DNA of 64,000 bases from Heterodontus francisci (lineage: Eukaryota). Under the pieces are notes generated by a model. That model saw nothing but the letters and a program-made list of their open reading frames with translations, did no database searches and was not told the DNA's origin. The stretch covers positions 66,520,862-66,584,861 of the forward strand of contig NC_090399.1 of NCBI RefSeq assembly GCF_036365525.1, given 5' to 3'. This document shows positions 10,083 to 25,000 of this stretch, piece after piece. The position numbers were made by a program, and so were the translations under genes. The first letter of the stretch is position 1. Each line of letters starts with the position of its first letter.

Positions 10083-13000
10083 ACAGAGGTCTGATCCCCA
10101 GTTTAAAGAGGTATGTAAAATTCCCCGGGGTCAGGAGTCTGATCCCCAGTTTAAAGAGATATGTACCATTCCCTGGGGTCTGGGGTCTATTCCCCAGTTT
10201 AAAGGGATATGTACCATTGTCTGGGGTAAGGGGTCTAATCCTCAGTTTGAAGGGATATGTACCATTCCCTGGGGTCAGGGGTCTATTCCCCAGTTTAAAG
10301 GGATATGTACCATTCCCTGGGGTAAGGGGTCTAATCCCCAGTTTAAAGGGATATGTACCATTCCCTGGGGTAAGGGGTCTAATCCCCAGTTTAAAGGGAT
10401 ATGTACCATTTCCCGAGGTCAGGGATCTAATCCCCAGTTTAAAGGGGTATGTACCGTTTCTTGGGGTCAGGGGACTGATCCCCAGTTTAAAAGGATATGT
10501 ACCGTTCCTTGGGGTCAGGGGACTGATCCCCAGTTTAAAGGGATATATACCGTTCCGTGGGGTCAGGGGTCTGATCCCAAGTTTAAAGGGGTATGTACCA
10601 TTCCTGCGGTCAGGGCTCTGATCCCCAGTTTAAAGGGGTATGTACCATTCCTGGGGTCAGGGGTCTAATCCCCAGTTTAAAGGGATATGTACCGTTCCTT
10701 GGGGTCACGGGACTGATTCCCAGTTTTAAGGGATATGTACCATTCCTTGGGGTCAGGGGTCTGATCCCCAGTTTAAAGGGGTATGTACCATTCCTGAGGT
10801 CAGGGGTCTGATCCCCAGTTCAAGGAGTATGTACCGTTCCTTGGGGTCAGGGGACTGATCCCTGGTTTAAAGGGATATGTACCGTACATTGGGGACAGGG
10901 GACTCATCCCCAGTTTAAAGGGATATGTACCGTTCCTTGGGGTCAGGGGTCTGATCCCAAGTTTAAAGGGGTATATACCGTTCCTGGGGTCAGGGCTCTG
11001 ATCTCCAGTTTAAAGGGGTATGTACCATTCCTGGGGTCAGGGGTCTGATCCCCAATTTAAAGGGATATGTACCATTCCTTGGTGACAGGGGTCCAATCCC
11101 CAGTTTAAAGGGGTATGTACCATTTCCCGAGGTCAGGGGTCTAATCCTCAGTTTAAAGGGATATGTACCATTCCCTGGGGTCAGGGGTCTGATCCCCAGT
11201 TTAAAGGGGTATGTACCATTCCTGGGGTCAGGGGTCTGATCCCCAGTTTAAAGGGGTATGGACCATTCCTGAGGTCAGGGGTCTGATCCCCAGTTTAAAG
11301 GGATATGTACCGATCCTTGGGGTCAGAGGTCGAATCCCCAGTTTAAAGGGATATGTACCATTTCCTGAGGTCAGGGGTCTAATCCGCAGTTTAAAGGGGT
11401 ATGTACCATTCCTGGGGTCAGGTGTCTGATCCCAAATTTAAAGGGGTATGTAACATAGCTGGGGTCAGGGCTCTGATCCCCAGTTTAAAGGGGTATGTAC
11501 CATTCCTGGGGTCAGGGGTCTAATCCCCAGTTTAAAGGGGTATGTACCATTCTTGGGGTCAGGTGTCTGATCCCCAGTTTAAAGGGATATGTAACGGTCC
11601 TCGGGGTCAGGGGACTGATCCCCAGTTTAAAGGGATATGTAACGGTCCTCGGGGTCAGGGGTCTGATCCCCAGTTTAAAGGGGTATGTACCATTCCTGAG
11701 GTCAGGGTAAAGATCCCCAGTTTAAAGGGATATGCACCGTTCCTTGGGGTCAGGGGACGGATCCCCAGTTTAAACGGATATGTACCGTTCCTTGGGGTCA
11801 GGGGTCTTATCCCAAATTTAAAGGGGTATGTACCATTTCTGGGGTCAGGGGTCTGATCCCCAGTTTAAAGGGGTATGTACCATTCCTGGGGTCAGGTCTA
11901 ATCCGCAGTTTAAAGGGGTATGTACCATTCCTGGGGTCAGGGGTCTGATCCCCAGTTTAAAGGGCTATGTACCATTCCTGCGGTCAGGTCTAATCCGCAG
12001 TTTAAAGGGGTCTGTACCATTCTAGAGGTCAGGGGTCTGATCCCCAGTAAAAGGGGTATGTACCATTCCTGGGGTCAGGGGTCTGATCCCCAGTTTAAAG
12101 GGTTATGTACCGTTCCTTGGGGTCAGGGGACTGATTGCCAGTTTAATGGGATCTGTACTGCTCCCGGGGTCAGGGGTCTGATCCCCAGTTTAAAGGGTAT
12201 GTTCCGTTCTTTGGGGTCTGGGTCCGATCGCCAGTTTAAAGGGATATGTACCATTCCCTGGGGTCCGGGGTCTAATCCCTCATTTAAAGGGGTATGTACC
12301 ATTTCCTGGGGTCAGGAATCTAATCCGCAGTTGAAAGGGATATGTACCATTCCCTGGGGTCAGGTGTCTAACCCCAGTTTAAAGGGATATGTACCATTCC
12401 CTGGGGTCAGGGCTCTGATCTCCAGTTTAAAGGGGTATGTGCCATTCCCTGGGGTCAGGGGTCTGATCCCCAGTTTAAAGGGTATGTACCATTCCTGGGG
12501 TCAGGGGTCCGATCTCCAATTTAAAGGGATATGTACCATTCCCTGGGGTCAGGGGTCGAATCCCCAGTTTAAAGGGAAATGTACCGTTCCTTGGGGTCAG
12601 GGGACTGATCCCCAGTTTAAAGGGATATGTACCATTCCCTGGGGTCAGGGGTCGAATCCCCAGTTTAAAGGGATATAGACCGTTCCTTGGGGTCAGGGGT
12701 CTGATCCCCAGTTTAAAGGGGTATGTACCATTCCTGCGGTCAGGGCTCTGATCCCCAGTTTAAAGGGATATGTACCATTCCTTGGGGTCAGGGGACCGAT
12801 CCCCAGTTCAAAGGGATATGTACCGTTCCTTGGGGTCAGGGGACCGATCCCCAGTTCAAAGGGATATGTACCGTTCCTTGGGGGCAGGGGACTGATCCCC
12901 AGTTTAAAAGGATATGTACCGTTCCTTGGGGTCAGGGGTCTGATCCCAAGTTTAAAGGGGTGTGTACTATTCCTGCGGTCAGGGCTCTGAACCCCAGTTT

Positions 13001-16000
13001 AAAGGGGTATGTACCATTCCTGGGGTCAGGGGTCTAATCCTCAGTTTAAAGGGGTATGTACCATTCCTTGGGGTCAGGGGACCGATCCCCAGTTCAAAGG
13101 GATATGTACCGTTCCTTGGGGTCAGGGGACTGATCCCCAGTTTAAAGGGATATGTACCATTCCTGGGGTCAGGGGGCTGATCCCCAGTTTAAAGGGGTAT
13201 GTACCATTCCTGAGGTCAGGGGTCTGATCCCCAGTTTAAAGGAGTATGTACCGTTCCTGGGGTCAGGGGTCTGATCCCCAATTTAAAGGGGTATGTACCA
13301 TTCCTGAGGTCAGGGGAAAGATCCCCAGTTTAAAGGGATATGCACCGTTCCTTGGGGTCAGGGGTCTTATCCCAAATTTAAATGGGGATGTACCATTTCT
13401 GGGGTCAGGGGTCTGATCCCCAGTTTAAAGGGGTATGTACCATTCCTGGGGTCAGGTCTAATCCGCAGTTTAAAGGGGTATGTACCATTCCTGGGGTCAG
13501 GGGTCTGATCCCCAGTTTAAAGGGGTATGTACCATTCCTGCGGTCAGGTCTAATCCGCAGTTTAAAGGGGTCTGTACCATTCTAGAGGTCAGGGGTCTGA
13601 TCCCCAGTTTAAAGGGGTACGTACCATTCCTGGGGTCAGGGGTCTGATCCCCAGTTTAAAGGGTTATGTACCGTTCCTTGGGGTCAGGGGACTGATCCCC
13701 AGTTTAATGGGATCTGTACTTCTCCCGGGGTCAGGGGTCTGATCCCCAGTTTAAAGGGTATGGTCCGTTCTTTGGGGTCTGGGTCCGATCGCCAGTTTAA
13801 AGGGATATGTACCATTCCCTGGGGTCAGGGGTCTAATCCCTCATTTAAAGGGGTATGTACCATTTCCTGGGGTCAGGAATCTAATCCGCAGTTGAAAGGG
13901 ATATGTACCATTCCCTGGGGTCAGGTGTCTAACCCCAGTTTAAAGGGATATGTACCATTCCCCGGGGTCAGGGCTCTGATCTCCAGTTTAAAGGGGTATG
14001 TACCATTCCCTGGGGTCAGGGGTCTGATCCCCAGTTTAAAGGGTATGTACCATTCCTGGGGTCAGGGGTCTGATCTCCAATTTAAAGGGATATGTACCAT
14101 TCCCTGGGGTCAGGGGTCGAATCCCCAGTTTAAAGGGATATGTACCGTTCCTTGGGGTCAGGGGACTGATCCCCAGTTTAAAGGGATATGTACCATTCCC
14201 TGGGGTCAGAGGTCGAATCCCCAGTTTAAAGGGATATAGACCGTTCCTTGGGGTCAGGGGTCTGATCCCCAGTTTAAAGGGGTATGTACCATTCCTGCGG
14301 TCAGGGCTCTGATCCCCAGTTTAAAGGGGTATGTACCATTCCTGGGGTCAGTGGTCTAATCCTCAGTTTAAAGGGGTATGTACCATTCCTTGGGGTCAGG
14401 GGACCGATCCCCAGTTCAAAGCGATATGTACCGTTCCTTGGGGTCAGGGGACTGATCCCCAGTTTAAAGGGATATGTACCATTCCTGGGGTCAGGGGTCT
14501 GATCCCCAGTTTAAAGGGGTATGTACCATTCCTAAGGTCAGGGATCTGATCCCCAGTTTAAAGGAGTATGTACCGTTCCTTGGGGTCAGGGGACTCATCC
14601 CCAGTTTAAAGGGATATGTACCGTTCCTTGGGGTCAGGGGTCTGATCCCAAGTTTAAAGGGTATGTACCATTCCTGGGGTCAGGGGTCTGATCCCCAGTT
14701 TAAAGGGTATGTACCATTCCTGGGGTCAGGGGTCTGATCCCCAATTTAAAGGGATATGTACCGTTCCTGGGGTAAGGGGTCTAATCCCCAGTTTAAAGGG
14801 ATATGTACCATTTCCCGAGGTCAGGGGTCTAATCCTCAGTTTAAAGGGATATGTACCATTCCTGGGGTCAGGGGTCTGATCCCCAGTTTAAAGGGGTATG
14901 TACCATTCCCTGGGGTCAGGGGTCTGATCCCCAGTTTAAAGGGATATGTACCGATCCTTGGGGTCAGGGGTCTAATCCCCAGTTTAAAGGGATATGTACC
15001 ATTTCCTGAGGTCAGAGGTCTAATCCCAAGTTTAAAGGGATATGTACCATTTCCCGAGGTCAGGGGTCTAATCCGCAGTTTAAAGGGGTATGTACCATTC
15101 CTGGGGTCAGTTGTCTGATCCCAAATTTAAAGGAGTATGTACCATTCCTGTGGTCAGGGGTCTAATCCCCAGTTTAAAGGGGTATGTACCATTCTTGGGG
15201 TCAGGGGTCTGATCCCCAGTTTAAAGGGGTATGTACCATTCCTGAGGTCAGGTGTCTGATCCCCAGTTTAAAGGGATATGTAACGTTCCTTGGGGTCAGG
15301 GGACTGATCCCCAGTTTAAAGGGATATGTACCGTTCCTTGGAGTCAGGGGTCTTATCCCAAATTTAAAGGGGTATGTACCATTCCTGGTGTCAGATGTCT
15401 GATCCCCAGTTTAAAGGGATATGTAACGTTCCTTGGGGTCAGGGGACTGATCCCCAGTTTAAAGGGATATGTACCGTTCCTTGGAGTCAGGGGTCTTATC
15501 CCAAATTTAAAGGGGTATGTACCATTTCTGGGGTCAGGGGTCTGATCCCCAGTTTAAAGGGGTATGTACCATTCCTGGGGTCAGGTCTAATCCGCAGTTT
15601 AAAGGGGTATGTACCATTCCTGCGGTCAGGTCTAATCCGCAGTTTAAAGGGATATGTACCATTCCAGACGTCAGGGCTCTGATCCCCAGTTTAAAGGGGT
15701 ATGTTCCATTCCTGGGGTCAGGGGTCTAATCCACAGTTTAAAGGGATATATACCGTTCCTTGGGGTCAGGGGTCTGATCCCAAGTTTAAAGGGTATGTAC
15801 CATTCCTGGGGTCAGGGGTCTGATCCCCAGTTTAAAGGGTATGTACCATTCCTGGGGTCAGGGGTCTGATCCCCAATTTAAAGGGGTATGTACCATTCCT
15901 GAGGTCAGGGGAAAGATCCCCAGTTTAAAGGGATATGCACCGTTCCTTGGGGTCAGGGGACGGATCCCCAGTTTAAAGGGATATGTACCGTTCCTTGGGG

Positions 16001-19000
16001 TCAGGGGTCTTATCCCAAATTTCAAGGGGTATGTACCATTCCTGGGGTCAGGGGTCTGATCCCCAGTTTAAAGGGGTATGTACCATTCCTGGGGTCAGGT
16101 CTAATCCGCAGTTTAAAGGGGTATGTACCATTCCTGGGGTCAGGGGTCTGATCCCCAGTTTAAAGGGGTATGTACCATTCCTGCGGTCAGGTCTAATCCG
16201 CAGTTTAAAGGGGTCTGTACCATTCTAGAGGTCAGGGGTCTGATCCCCAGTTTAAAGGGGTATGTACCATTCCTGGGGTCAGGGGTCTGATCCCCAGTTT
16301 AAAGGGTTATGTACCGTTCCTTGGGGTCAGGGGACTGATCCCCAGTTTAATGGGATCTGTACTGCTCCCGGGGTCAGGGGTCTGATCCCCAGTTTAAAGG
16401 GTATGTTCCGTTCTTTGGGGTCTGGGTCCGATCGCCAGTTTAAAGGGATATGTACCATTCCCTGGGGTCAGGGGTCTAATCCCTCATTTAAAGGGGTATG
16501 TACCATTTCCTGGGTCAGGAATCTAATCCGCAGTTGAAAGGGATATGTACCATTCCCTGGGGTCAGGTGTCTAACCCCAGTTTAAAGGGATATGTACCAT
16601 TCCCTGGGGTCAGGGCTCTGATCTCCAGTTTAAAGGGTTATGTACCATTCCCTGGGGTCAGGGGTCTGATCCCCAGTTTAAAGGGTATGTACCATTCCTG
16701 GGGTCAGGGGTCTGATCTCCAATTTAAAGGGATATGTACCATTCCCTGGGGTCAGGGGTCGAATCCCCAGTTTAAAGGGATATGTACCGTTCCTTGGGGT
16801 CAGGGGACTGATCCCCAGTTTAAAGGGATATGTACCATTCCCTGGGGTCAGGGGTCGAATCCCCAGTTTAAAGGGATATAGACCGTTCCTTGGGGTCAGG
16901 GGTCTGATCCCCAGTTTAAAGGGGTATGTACCATTCCTGCGGTCAGGGCTCTGATCCCCAGTTTAAGGGGTATGTACCATTCCTGGGGTCAGGGGTCTAA
17001 TCCTCAGTTTAAAGGGGTATGTACCATTCCTTGGGGTCAGGGGACCGATCCCCAATTTAAAGGGATATGTACCATTCCTGGTGTAAGGGGTCTAATCCCC
17101 AGTTTAAAGGGATATGTACCATTTCCCGAGGTCAGGGGTCTAATCCTCAGTTTAAAGGGATATGTACCATTCCTGGGGTCAGGGCTCTGATCCCCAGTTT
17201 AAAGGGGTATGTACCATTCCTTGGGGTCAGGGGACCGATCCCCAGTTCAAAGGGATATGTACCGTTCCTTGGGGTCAGGGGACCGATCCCCAGTTCAAAG
17301 GGATATGTACCGTTCCTTGGGGTCAGGGGACTGATCCCCAGTTTAAAGGGATATGTACCATTCCTTGGGGTCAGGGGTCTGATCCCAAGTTTAAAGGGGT
17401 GTGTACTATTCCTGCGGTCAGGGCTCTGATCCCCAGTTTAAAGGGGTATGTACCATTCCTGGGGTCAGGGGTCTAATCCTCAGTTTAAAGGGATATGTAC
17501 CGTTCCTTGGGGTCAGGGGACTGATCCCCAGTTTAAAGGGATATGTACCATTCCTGGGGTCAGGGGGCTGATCCCCAGTTTAAAGGGGTATGTACCATTC
17601 CTGAGGTCAGGGGTCTGATCCCCAGTTTAAAGGAGTCTGTTCCGTTCCTGGGGTCAGGGGTCTGATCCCCAATTTAAAGGGGTATGTACCATTCCTGAGG
17701 TCAGGGGAAAGATCCCCAGTTTAAAGGGATATGCACCGTTCCTTGGGGTCAGGGGTCTTATCCCAAATTTAAATGGGGATGTACCATTTCTGGGGTCAGG
17801 GGTCTGATCCCCAGTTTAAAGGGGTATGTACCATTCCTGGGGTCAGGTCTAATCCGCAGTTTAAAGGGGTATGTACCATTCCTGGGGTCAGGGGTCTGAT
17901 CCCCAGTTTAAAGGGGTATGTACCATTCCTGCGGTCAGGTCTAATCCGCAGTTTAAAGGGGTCTGTACCATTCTAGAGGTCAGGGGTCTGATCCCCAGTT
18001 TAAAGGGGTATGTACCATTCCTGGGGTCAGGGGTCTGATCCCCAGTTTAAAGGGTTATGTACCGTTCCTTGGGGTCAGGGGACTGATCCCCAGTTTAATG
18101 GGATCTGTACTGCTCCCGGGGTCAGGGGTCTGATCCCAGTTTAAAGGGTATGGTCCGTTCTTTGGGGTCTGGGTCCGATCGCCAGTTTAAAGGGATATGT
18201 ACCATTCCCTGGGGTCAGGGGTCTAATCCCTCATTTAAAGGGGTATGTACCATTTCCTGGGGTCAGGAATCTAATCCGCAGTTGAAAGGGATATGTACCA
18301 TTCCCTGGGGTCAGGTGTCTAACCCCAGTTTAAAGGGATATGTACCATTCCCCGGGGTCAGGGCTCTGATCTCCAGTTTAAAGGGGTATGTACCATTCCC
18401 TGGGGTCAGGGGTCTGATCCCCAGTTTAAAGGGTATGTACCATTCCTGGGGTCAGGGGTCTGATCTCCAATTTAAAGGGATATGTACCATTCCCTGGGGT
18501 CAGGGGTCGAATCCCCAGTTTAAAGGGATATGTACCGTTCCTTGGGGTCAGGGGACTGATCCCCAGTTTAAAGGGATATGTACCATTCCCTGGGGTCAGG
18601 GGTCGAATCCCCAGTTTAAAGGGATATAGACCGTTCCTTGGGGTCAGGGGTCTGATCCCCAGTTTAAAGGGGTATGTACCATTCCTGCGGTCAGGGCTCT
18701 GATCCCCAGTTTAAAGGGGTATGTACCATTCCTGGGGTCAGGGGTCGAATCCCCAGTTTAAAGGGATATAGACCGTTCCTTGGGGTCAGGGGACTGATCC
18801 CCAGTTTAAAGGGATATGTACCATTCCTGGGGTCAGGGGTCTGATCCCCAGTTGAAAGGGGTATGTACCATTCCTAAGGTCAGGGGTCTGATCCCCAGTT
18901 TAAAGGAGGATGTACCGTTCCTTGGGGTCAGGGGACTCATCCCCAGTTTAAAGGGATATGTACCGTTCCTTGGGGTCAGGGGTCTGATCCCAAGTTTAAA

Positions 19001-22000
19001 GGGTATGTACCATTCCTGGGGTCAGGGGTCTGATCCCCAGTTTAAAGGGTATGTACCATTCCTGGGGTCAGGGGTCTGATCCCCAATTTAAAGGGATATG
19101 TACCATTCCTGGGGTAAGGGGTCTAATCCCCAGTTTAAAGGGATATGTACCATTTCCCGAGGTCAGGGGTCTAATCCTCAGTTTAAAGGGATATGTACCA
19201 TTCCTGGGGTCAGGGGTCTGATCCCCAGTTTAAAGGGGTATGTACCATTCCCTGGGGTCAGGGGTCTGATCCCCAGTTTAAAGGGATATGTACCGATCCT
19301 TGGGGTCAGGGGTCTAATCCCCAGTTTAAAGGGATATGTACCATTTCCTGAGGTCAGAGGTCTAATCCCCAGTTTAAAGGGATATGTACCATTTCCCGAG
19401 GTCAGGGGTCTAATCCGCAGTTTAAAGGGGTATGTACCATTCCTGGCGTCAGTTGTCTGATCCCAAATTTAAAGGAGTATGTACCATTCCTGTGGTCAGG
19501 GGTCTAATCCCCAGTTTAAAGGGGTATGTACCATTCTTGGGGTCAGGGGTCTGATCCCCAGTTTAAAGGGGTATGTACCATTCCTGAGGTCAGGTGTCTG
19601 ATCCCCAGTTTAAAGGGATATGTAACGTTCCTTGGGGTCAGGGGACTGATCCCCAGTTTAAAGGGATATGTACCGTTCCTTGGAGTCAGGGGTCTTATCC
19701 CAAATTTAAAGGGGTATGTACCATTTCTGGGGTCAGGGGTCTGAACCCCAGTTTAAAGGGGTATGTACCATTCCTGGGGTCAGGTCTAATCCGCAGTTTA
19801 AAGGGGTATGTACCATTCCTGGGGTCAGGGGTCTGATCCCCAGTTTAAAGGGGTATGTCCCATTCCTGCGGTCAGGTCTAATCCGCAGTTTAAAGGGATA
19901 TGTACCATTCCAGACGTCAGGGCTCTGATCCCCAGTTTAAAGGGGTATGTTCCATTCCTGGGGTCAGGGGTCTAATCCACAGTTTAAAGGGATACATACC
20001 GTTCCTTGGGGTCTGGGGTCTGATCCCAAGTTTAAAGGGTATGTACCATTCCTGGGGTCAGGGGTCTGATCCCCAGTTTAAAGGGTATGTACCATTCCTG
20101 GGGTCAGGGGTCTGATCCCCAATTTAAAGGGGTATGTACCATTCCTGAGGTCAGGGGAAAGATCCCCAGTTTAAAGGGATATGCACCGTTCCTTGGGGTC
20201 AGGGGACGGATCCCCAGTTTAAAGGGATATGTACCGTTCCTTGGGGTCAGGGGTCTTATCCCAAATTTCAAGTGGTATGTACCATTCCTAGGGTCAGGGG
20301 TCTGATCCCCAGTTTAAAGGTGTATGTACCATTCCTGGGGTCAGGTCTAATCCGCAGTTTAAAGGGGTATGTACCATTCCTGGGGTCAGGGGTCTGATCC
20401 CCAGTTTAAAGGGGTATGTACCATTCCTGCGGTCAGGTCTAATCCGCAGTTTAAAGGGGTCTGTACCATTCTAGAGGTCAGGGGTCTGATCCCCAGTTTA
20501 AAGGGGTATGTACCATTCCTGGGGTCAGGGGTCTGATCCCCAGTTTAAAGGGTTATGTACCGTTCCTTGGGGTCAGGGGACTGATCCCCAGTTTAATGGG
20601 ATCTGTACTGCTCCCGGGGTCAGGGGTCTGATCCCCAGTTTAAAGGGTATGTTTCGTTCTTTGGGGTCTGGGTCCGATCGCCAGTTTAAAGGGATATGTA
20701 CCATTCCCTGGGGTCAGGGGTCTAATCCCTCATTTAAAGGGGTATGTACCATTCCTGGGGTCAGGGGTCTGATCTCCAATTTAAAGGGATATGTACCGTT
20801 CCCTGGGTTCAGGGGTCGAATCCCCAGTTTAAAGGGATATGTACCGTTCCTTGGGGTCAGGGGACTGATCCCCAGTTTAAAGGGATATGTACCATTCCCT
20901 GGGGTCAGGGGTCGAATCCCCAGTTTAAAGGGATATAGACCGTTCCTTGGGGTCAGGGGTCTGATCCCCAGTTTAAAGGGGTATGTACCATTCCTGCGGT
21001 CAGGGCTCTGATCCCCAGTTTAAAGGGGTATGTACCATTCCTGGGGTCAGGGGTCTAATCCTCAGTTTAAAGGGGTATGTACCATTCCTTGGGGTCAGGG
21101 GACCGATCCCCAATTTAAAGGGATATGTACCATTCCTGGGGTAAGGGGTCTAATCCCCAGTTTAAAGGGATATGTACCATTTCCCGAGGTCAGGGGTCTA
21201 ATCCTCAGTTTAAAGGGATATGTACCATTCCTGGGGTCAGGGGTCTGATCCCCAGTTTAAAGGGGTATGTACCATTCCCTGGGGTCAGGGGTCTGATCCC
21301 CAGTTTAAAGGGATATGTACCGATCCTTGGGGTCAGGGGTCTAATCCCCAGTTTAAAGGGATGTGTACCATTTCCTGAGGTCAGGGGTCTAATCCCCAGT
21401 TTAAAGGGATATGTACCATTTCCTGAGGTCAGGAGTCTGATCCCCAGTTTAAAGGGGTATGTACCTTTCCTGAGGTCAGGTGTCTGATCCCCAGTTTAAA
21501 GGGATATGTAACGTTCCTTGGGGTCAGGGGACTGATCCCCAGTTTAAAGGGATATGTACCGTTCCTTGGGGTCAGGGGTCTTATCCCAAATTTAAAGGGG
21601 TATGTACCATTTCTGGGGTCAGGGGTCTGATCCCCAGTTTAAAGTGGTACGTACCATTCCTGGGGTCAGGTCTACTCCGCAGTTTAAAGGGGTATGTACC
21701 ATTCCTGGGGTCAGGGGTCTGATCCCCAGTTTAAAGTGGTATGTTACATTCCTGCGGTCAGGACTAATCCGCAGTTTAAAGGGATATGTACCATTCCAGA
21801 GGTCAGGGGTCTAATCCCCAGTTTAAAGGGGTATGTACCATTCTTGGGGTCAGGGGTCTGATCCCCAGTTTAAAGGGGTATGTACCATTCCTGAGGTCAG
21901 GTGTCTGATCCCCAGTTTAAAGGGATATGTAACGTTCCTTGGGGTCAGGGGACTGATCCCCAGTTTAAAGGGATATGTACCGTTACTTGGGGTCAGGGGT

Positions 22001-25000
22001 CTTATCCCAAATTTAAAGGGGTATGTATCATTTCTGGGGTCAGGGGTCTGATCCCCAGTTTAAAGGGGTATGTACCATTCCTGGGGTCAGGTCTAATCCG
22101 CAGTTTAAAGGGGTATGTACCATTCCTGGGGTCAGGGGTCTGATCCCCAGTTTAAAGGGGTATGTACCATTTCTGCGGTCAGGTCTAATCCGCAGTTTAA
22201 AGGGATATGTACCATTCCAGAGGTCAGGGGTCTGATCCCCAGTTTCAAGGGTATGTTCCTTTCTTTGGGGTCAGGATCCGATCGCCAGTTTAAAGGGATA
22301 GGTACCATTCCCTGGGGTCAGGGGTCTAATCCCCAGTTGAAAGGGATATGTACCATTCCCTGGGGTCAGGTGTCCAACCCCAGTTTAAAGGGATAGGTAC
22401 CATTCCCTGGGGTCGGGGGTCTGATCCCCAGTTTAAAGGGGTATGTACCATTCCTGGTGTCAGGGGTCTGATCCCCAGTTTAAAGGGATATGTACCGATC
22501 CTTGGGGTCAGGGGTCTAATCCCCAGTTTAAAGGGATATGTACCATTTCCTGAGGTCAGGGGTCTAATCCCCAGTTTAAAGGGATATGTACCATTTCCCG
22601 AGGTCAGGGGTCTGATCCCCAGTTTAAAGGGGTATGTACCATTCCTGAGGTCAGGTGTCTGATCCCCAGTTTAAAGGGATATGTAACGTTCCTTGGGGTC
22701 AGGGGACTGATCCCCAGTTTAAAGGGATATGTACCGTTCCTTGGGGTCAGGGGTCTTATCCCAAATTTAAAGGGGTATGTACCATTTCTGGGGTCAGGGG
22801 TCTGATCCCCAGTTTAAAGTGGTACGTACCATTCCTGGGGTCAGGTCTAATCCGCAGTTTAAAGGGGTATGTACCATTCCTGGGGTCAGGGGTCTGATCC
22901 CCAGTTTAAAGTGGTATGTACCATTCCTGCGGTCAGGTCTAATCCGCAGTTTAAAGGGATATGTACCATTCCAGAGGTCAGGGGTCTGATCCCCAGTTTA
23001 AAGGGGTATGTACCATTCCTGGGGTCAGGGGACTGATCCCAGTTTAACGGGATCTGTACTGCTCCCGGGGTCAGTGGTCTGATCCCCAGTTTAAAGGGAT
23101 ATGTACCATTCCCTGGGGTCAGGGGTCGAATCCCCAGTTTAAAGGGATATAGACCGTTCCTTGGGGTCAGGGGTCTGATCCCCAGTTTAAAGGGGTATGT
23201 ACCATTCCTGCGGTCAGGGCTCTGATCCCCAGTTTAAAGGGGTATGTACCATTCCTGGGGTCAGGGGTCTAATCCTCAGTTTAAAGGGGTATGTACCATT
23301 CCTTGGGGTCAGGGGACCGATCCCCAATTTAAAGGGATATGTACCATTCCTGGGGTAAGGGGTCTAATCCCCAGTTTAAAGGGATATGTACCATTTCCCG
23401 AGGTCAGGGGTCTAATCCTCAGTTTAAAGGGATATGTACCATTCCTGGGGTCAGGGGTCTGATCCCCAGTTTAAAGGGGTATGTACCATTCCCTGGGGTC
23501 AGGGGTCTGATCCCCAGTTTAAAGGGATATGTACCGATCCTTGGGGTCAGGGGTCTAATCCCCAGTTTAAAGGGATGTGTACCATTTCCTGAGGTCAGGG
23601 GTCTAATCCCCAGTTTAAAGGGATATGTACCATTTCCTGAGGTCAGGAGTCTGATCCCCAGTTTAAAGGGGTATGTACCTTTCCTGAGGTCAGGTGTCTG
23701 ATCCCCAGTTTAAAGGGATATGTAACGTTCCTTGGGGTCAGGGGACTGATCCCCAGTTTAAAGGGATATGTACCGTTCCTTGGGGTCAGGGGTCTTATCC
23801 CAAATTTAAAGGGGTATGTACCATTTCTGGGGTCAGTGGTCTGATCCCCAGTTTAAAGTGGTACGTACCATTCCTGGGGTCAGGTCTAATCCGCAGTTTA
23901 AAGGGGTATGTACCATTCCTGGGGTCAGGGGTCTGATCCCCAGTTTAAAGGGGTATGTACCATTCCTGAGGTCAGGTGTCTGATCCCCAGTTTAAAGGGA
24001 TATGTAACGTTCCTTGGGGTCAGGGGACTGATCCCCAGTTTAAAGGGATATGTACCGTTACTTGGGGTCAGGGGTCTTATCCCAAATTTAAAGGGGTATG
24101 TATCATTTCTGGGGTCAGGGGTCTGATCCCCAGTTTAAAGGGGTATGTACCATTCCTGGGGTCAGGTCTAATCCGCAGTTTAAAGGGGTATGTACCATTC
24201 CTGGGGTCAGGGGTCTGATCCCCAGTTTAAAGGGGTATGTACCATTTCTGCGGTCAGGTCTAATCCGCAGTTTAAAGGGATATGTACCATTCCAGAGGTC
24301 AGGGGTCTGATCCCCAGTTTCAAGGGTATGTTCCTTTCTTTGGGGTCAGGATCCGATCGCCAGCTTAAAGGGATATGTACCATTCCCTGGGGTCAGGGGT
24401 CTAATCCCCAGTTGAAAGGGATATGTACCATTCCCTGGGGTCAGGTGTCCAACCCCAGTTTAAAGGGATAGGTACCATTCCCTGGGGTCAGGGGTCTAAT
24501 CCCTCATTTAAAGGGGTATGTACCATTCCCTGGGGTCAGGTGTCTAATCCCCAGTTTAAAGGGATAGGTACCATTCCCTGGGGTCAGGTGTCCAACCCCA
24601 GTTTAAAGGGATAGGTACCATTCCCTGGGGTCAGGGGTCTAATCCCTCATTTAAAGGGGTATGTACCATTCCCTGGGGTCAGGGGTCTAATCCCCAGTTA
24701 AAAGGGATATGTACCATTCCCTGGGGTCAGGTGTCTAACCCCAGTTTAAAGGGATATGTACCATTTCCCGAGGTCAGGGGTCTAATCCGCAGTTTAAAGG
24801 GGTATGTACCATTCCTGGGGTCAGGTGTCTGATCCCAAATTTAAAGGGGTATGTACCATTTCTGGGGTCGGGGGTCTGATCCCCAGTTTAAAGGGGTATG
24901 TACCATTCCTGGTGTCAGGGGTCTAATCCGCAGTTTAAAGGGGTATGTACCATTCCTGGGGTCAGGGATCTGATCCCCAGTTTAAAGGGGTATGGACCAT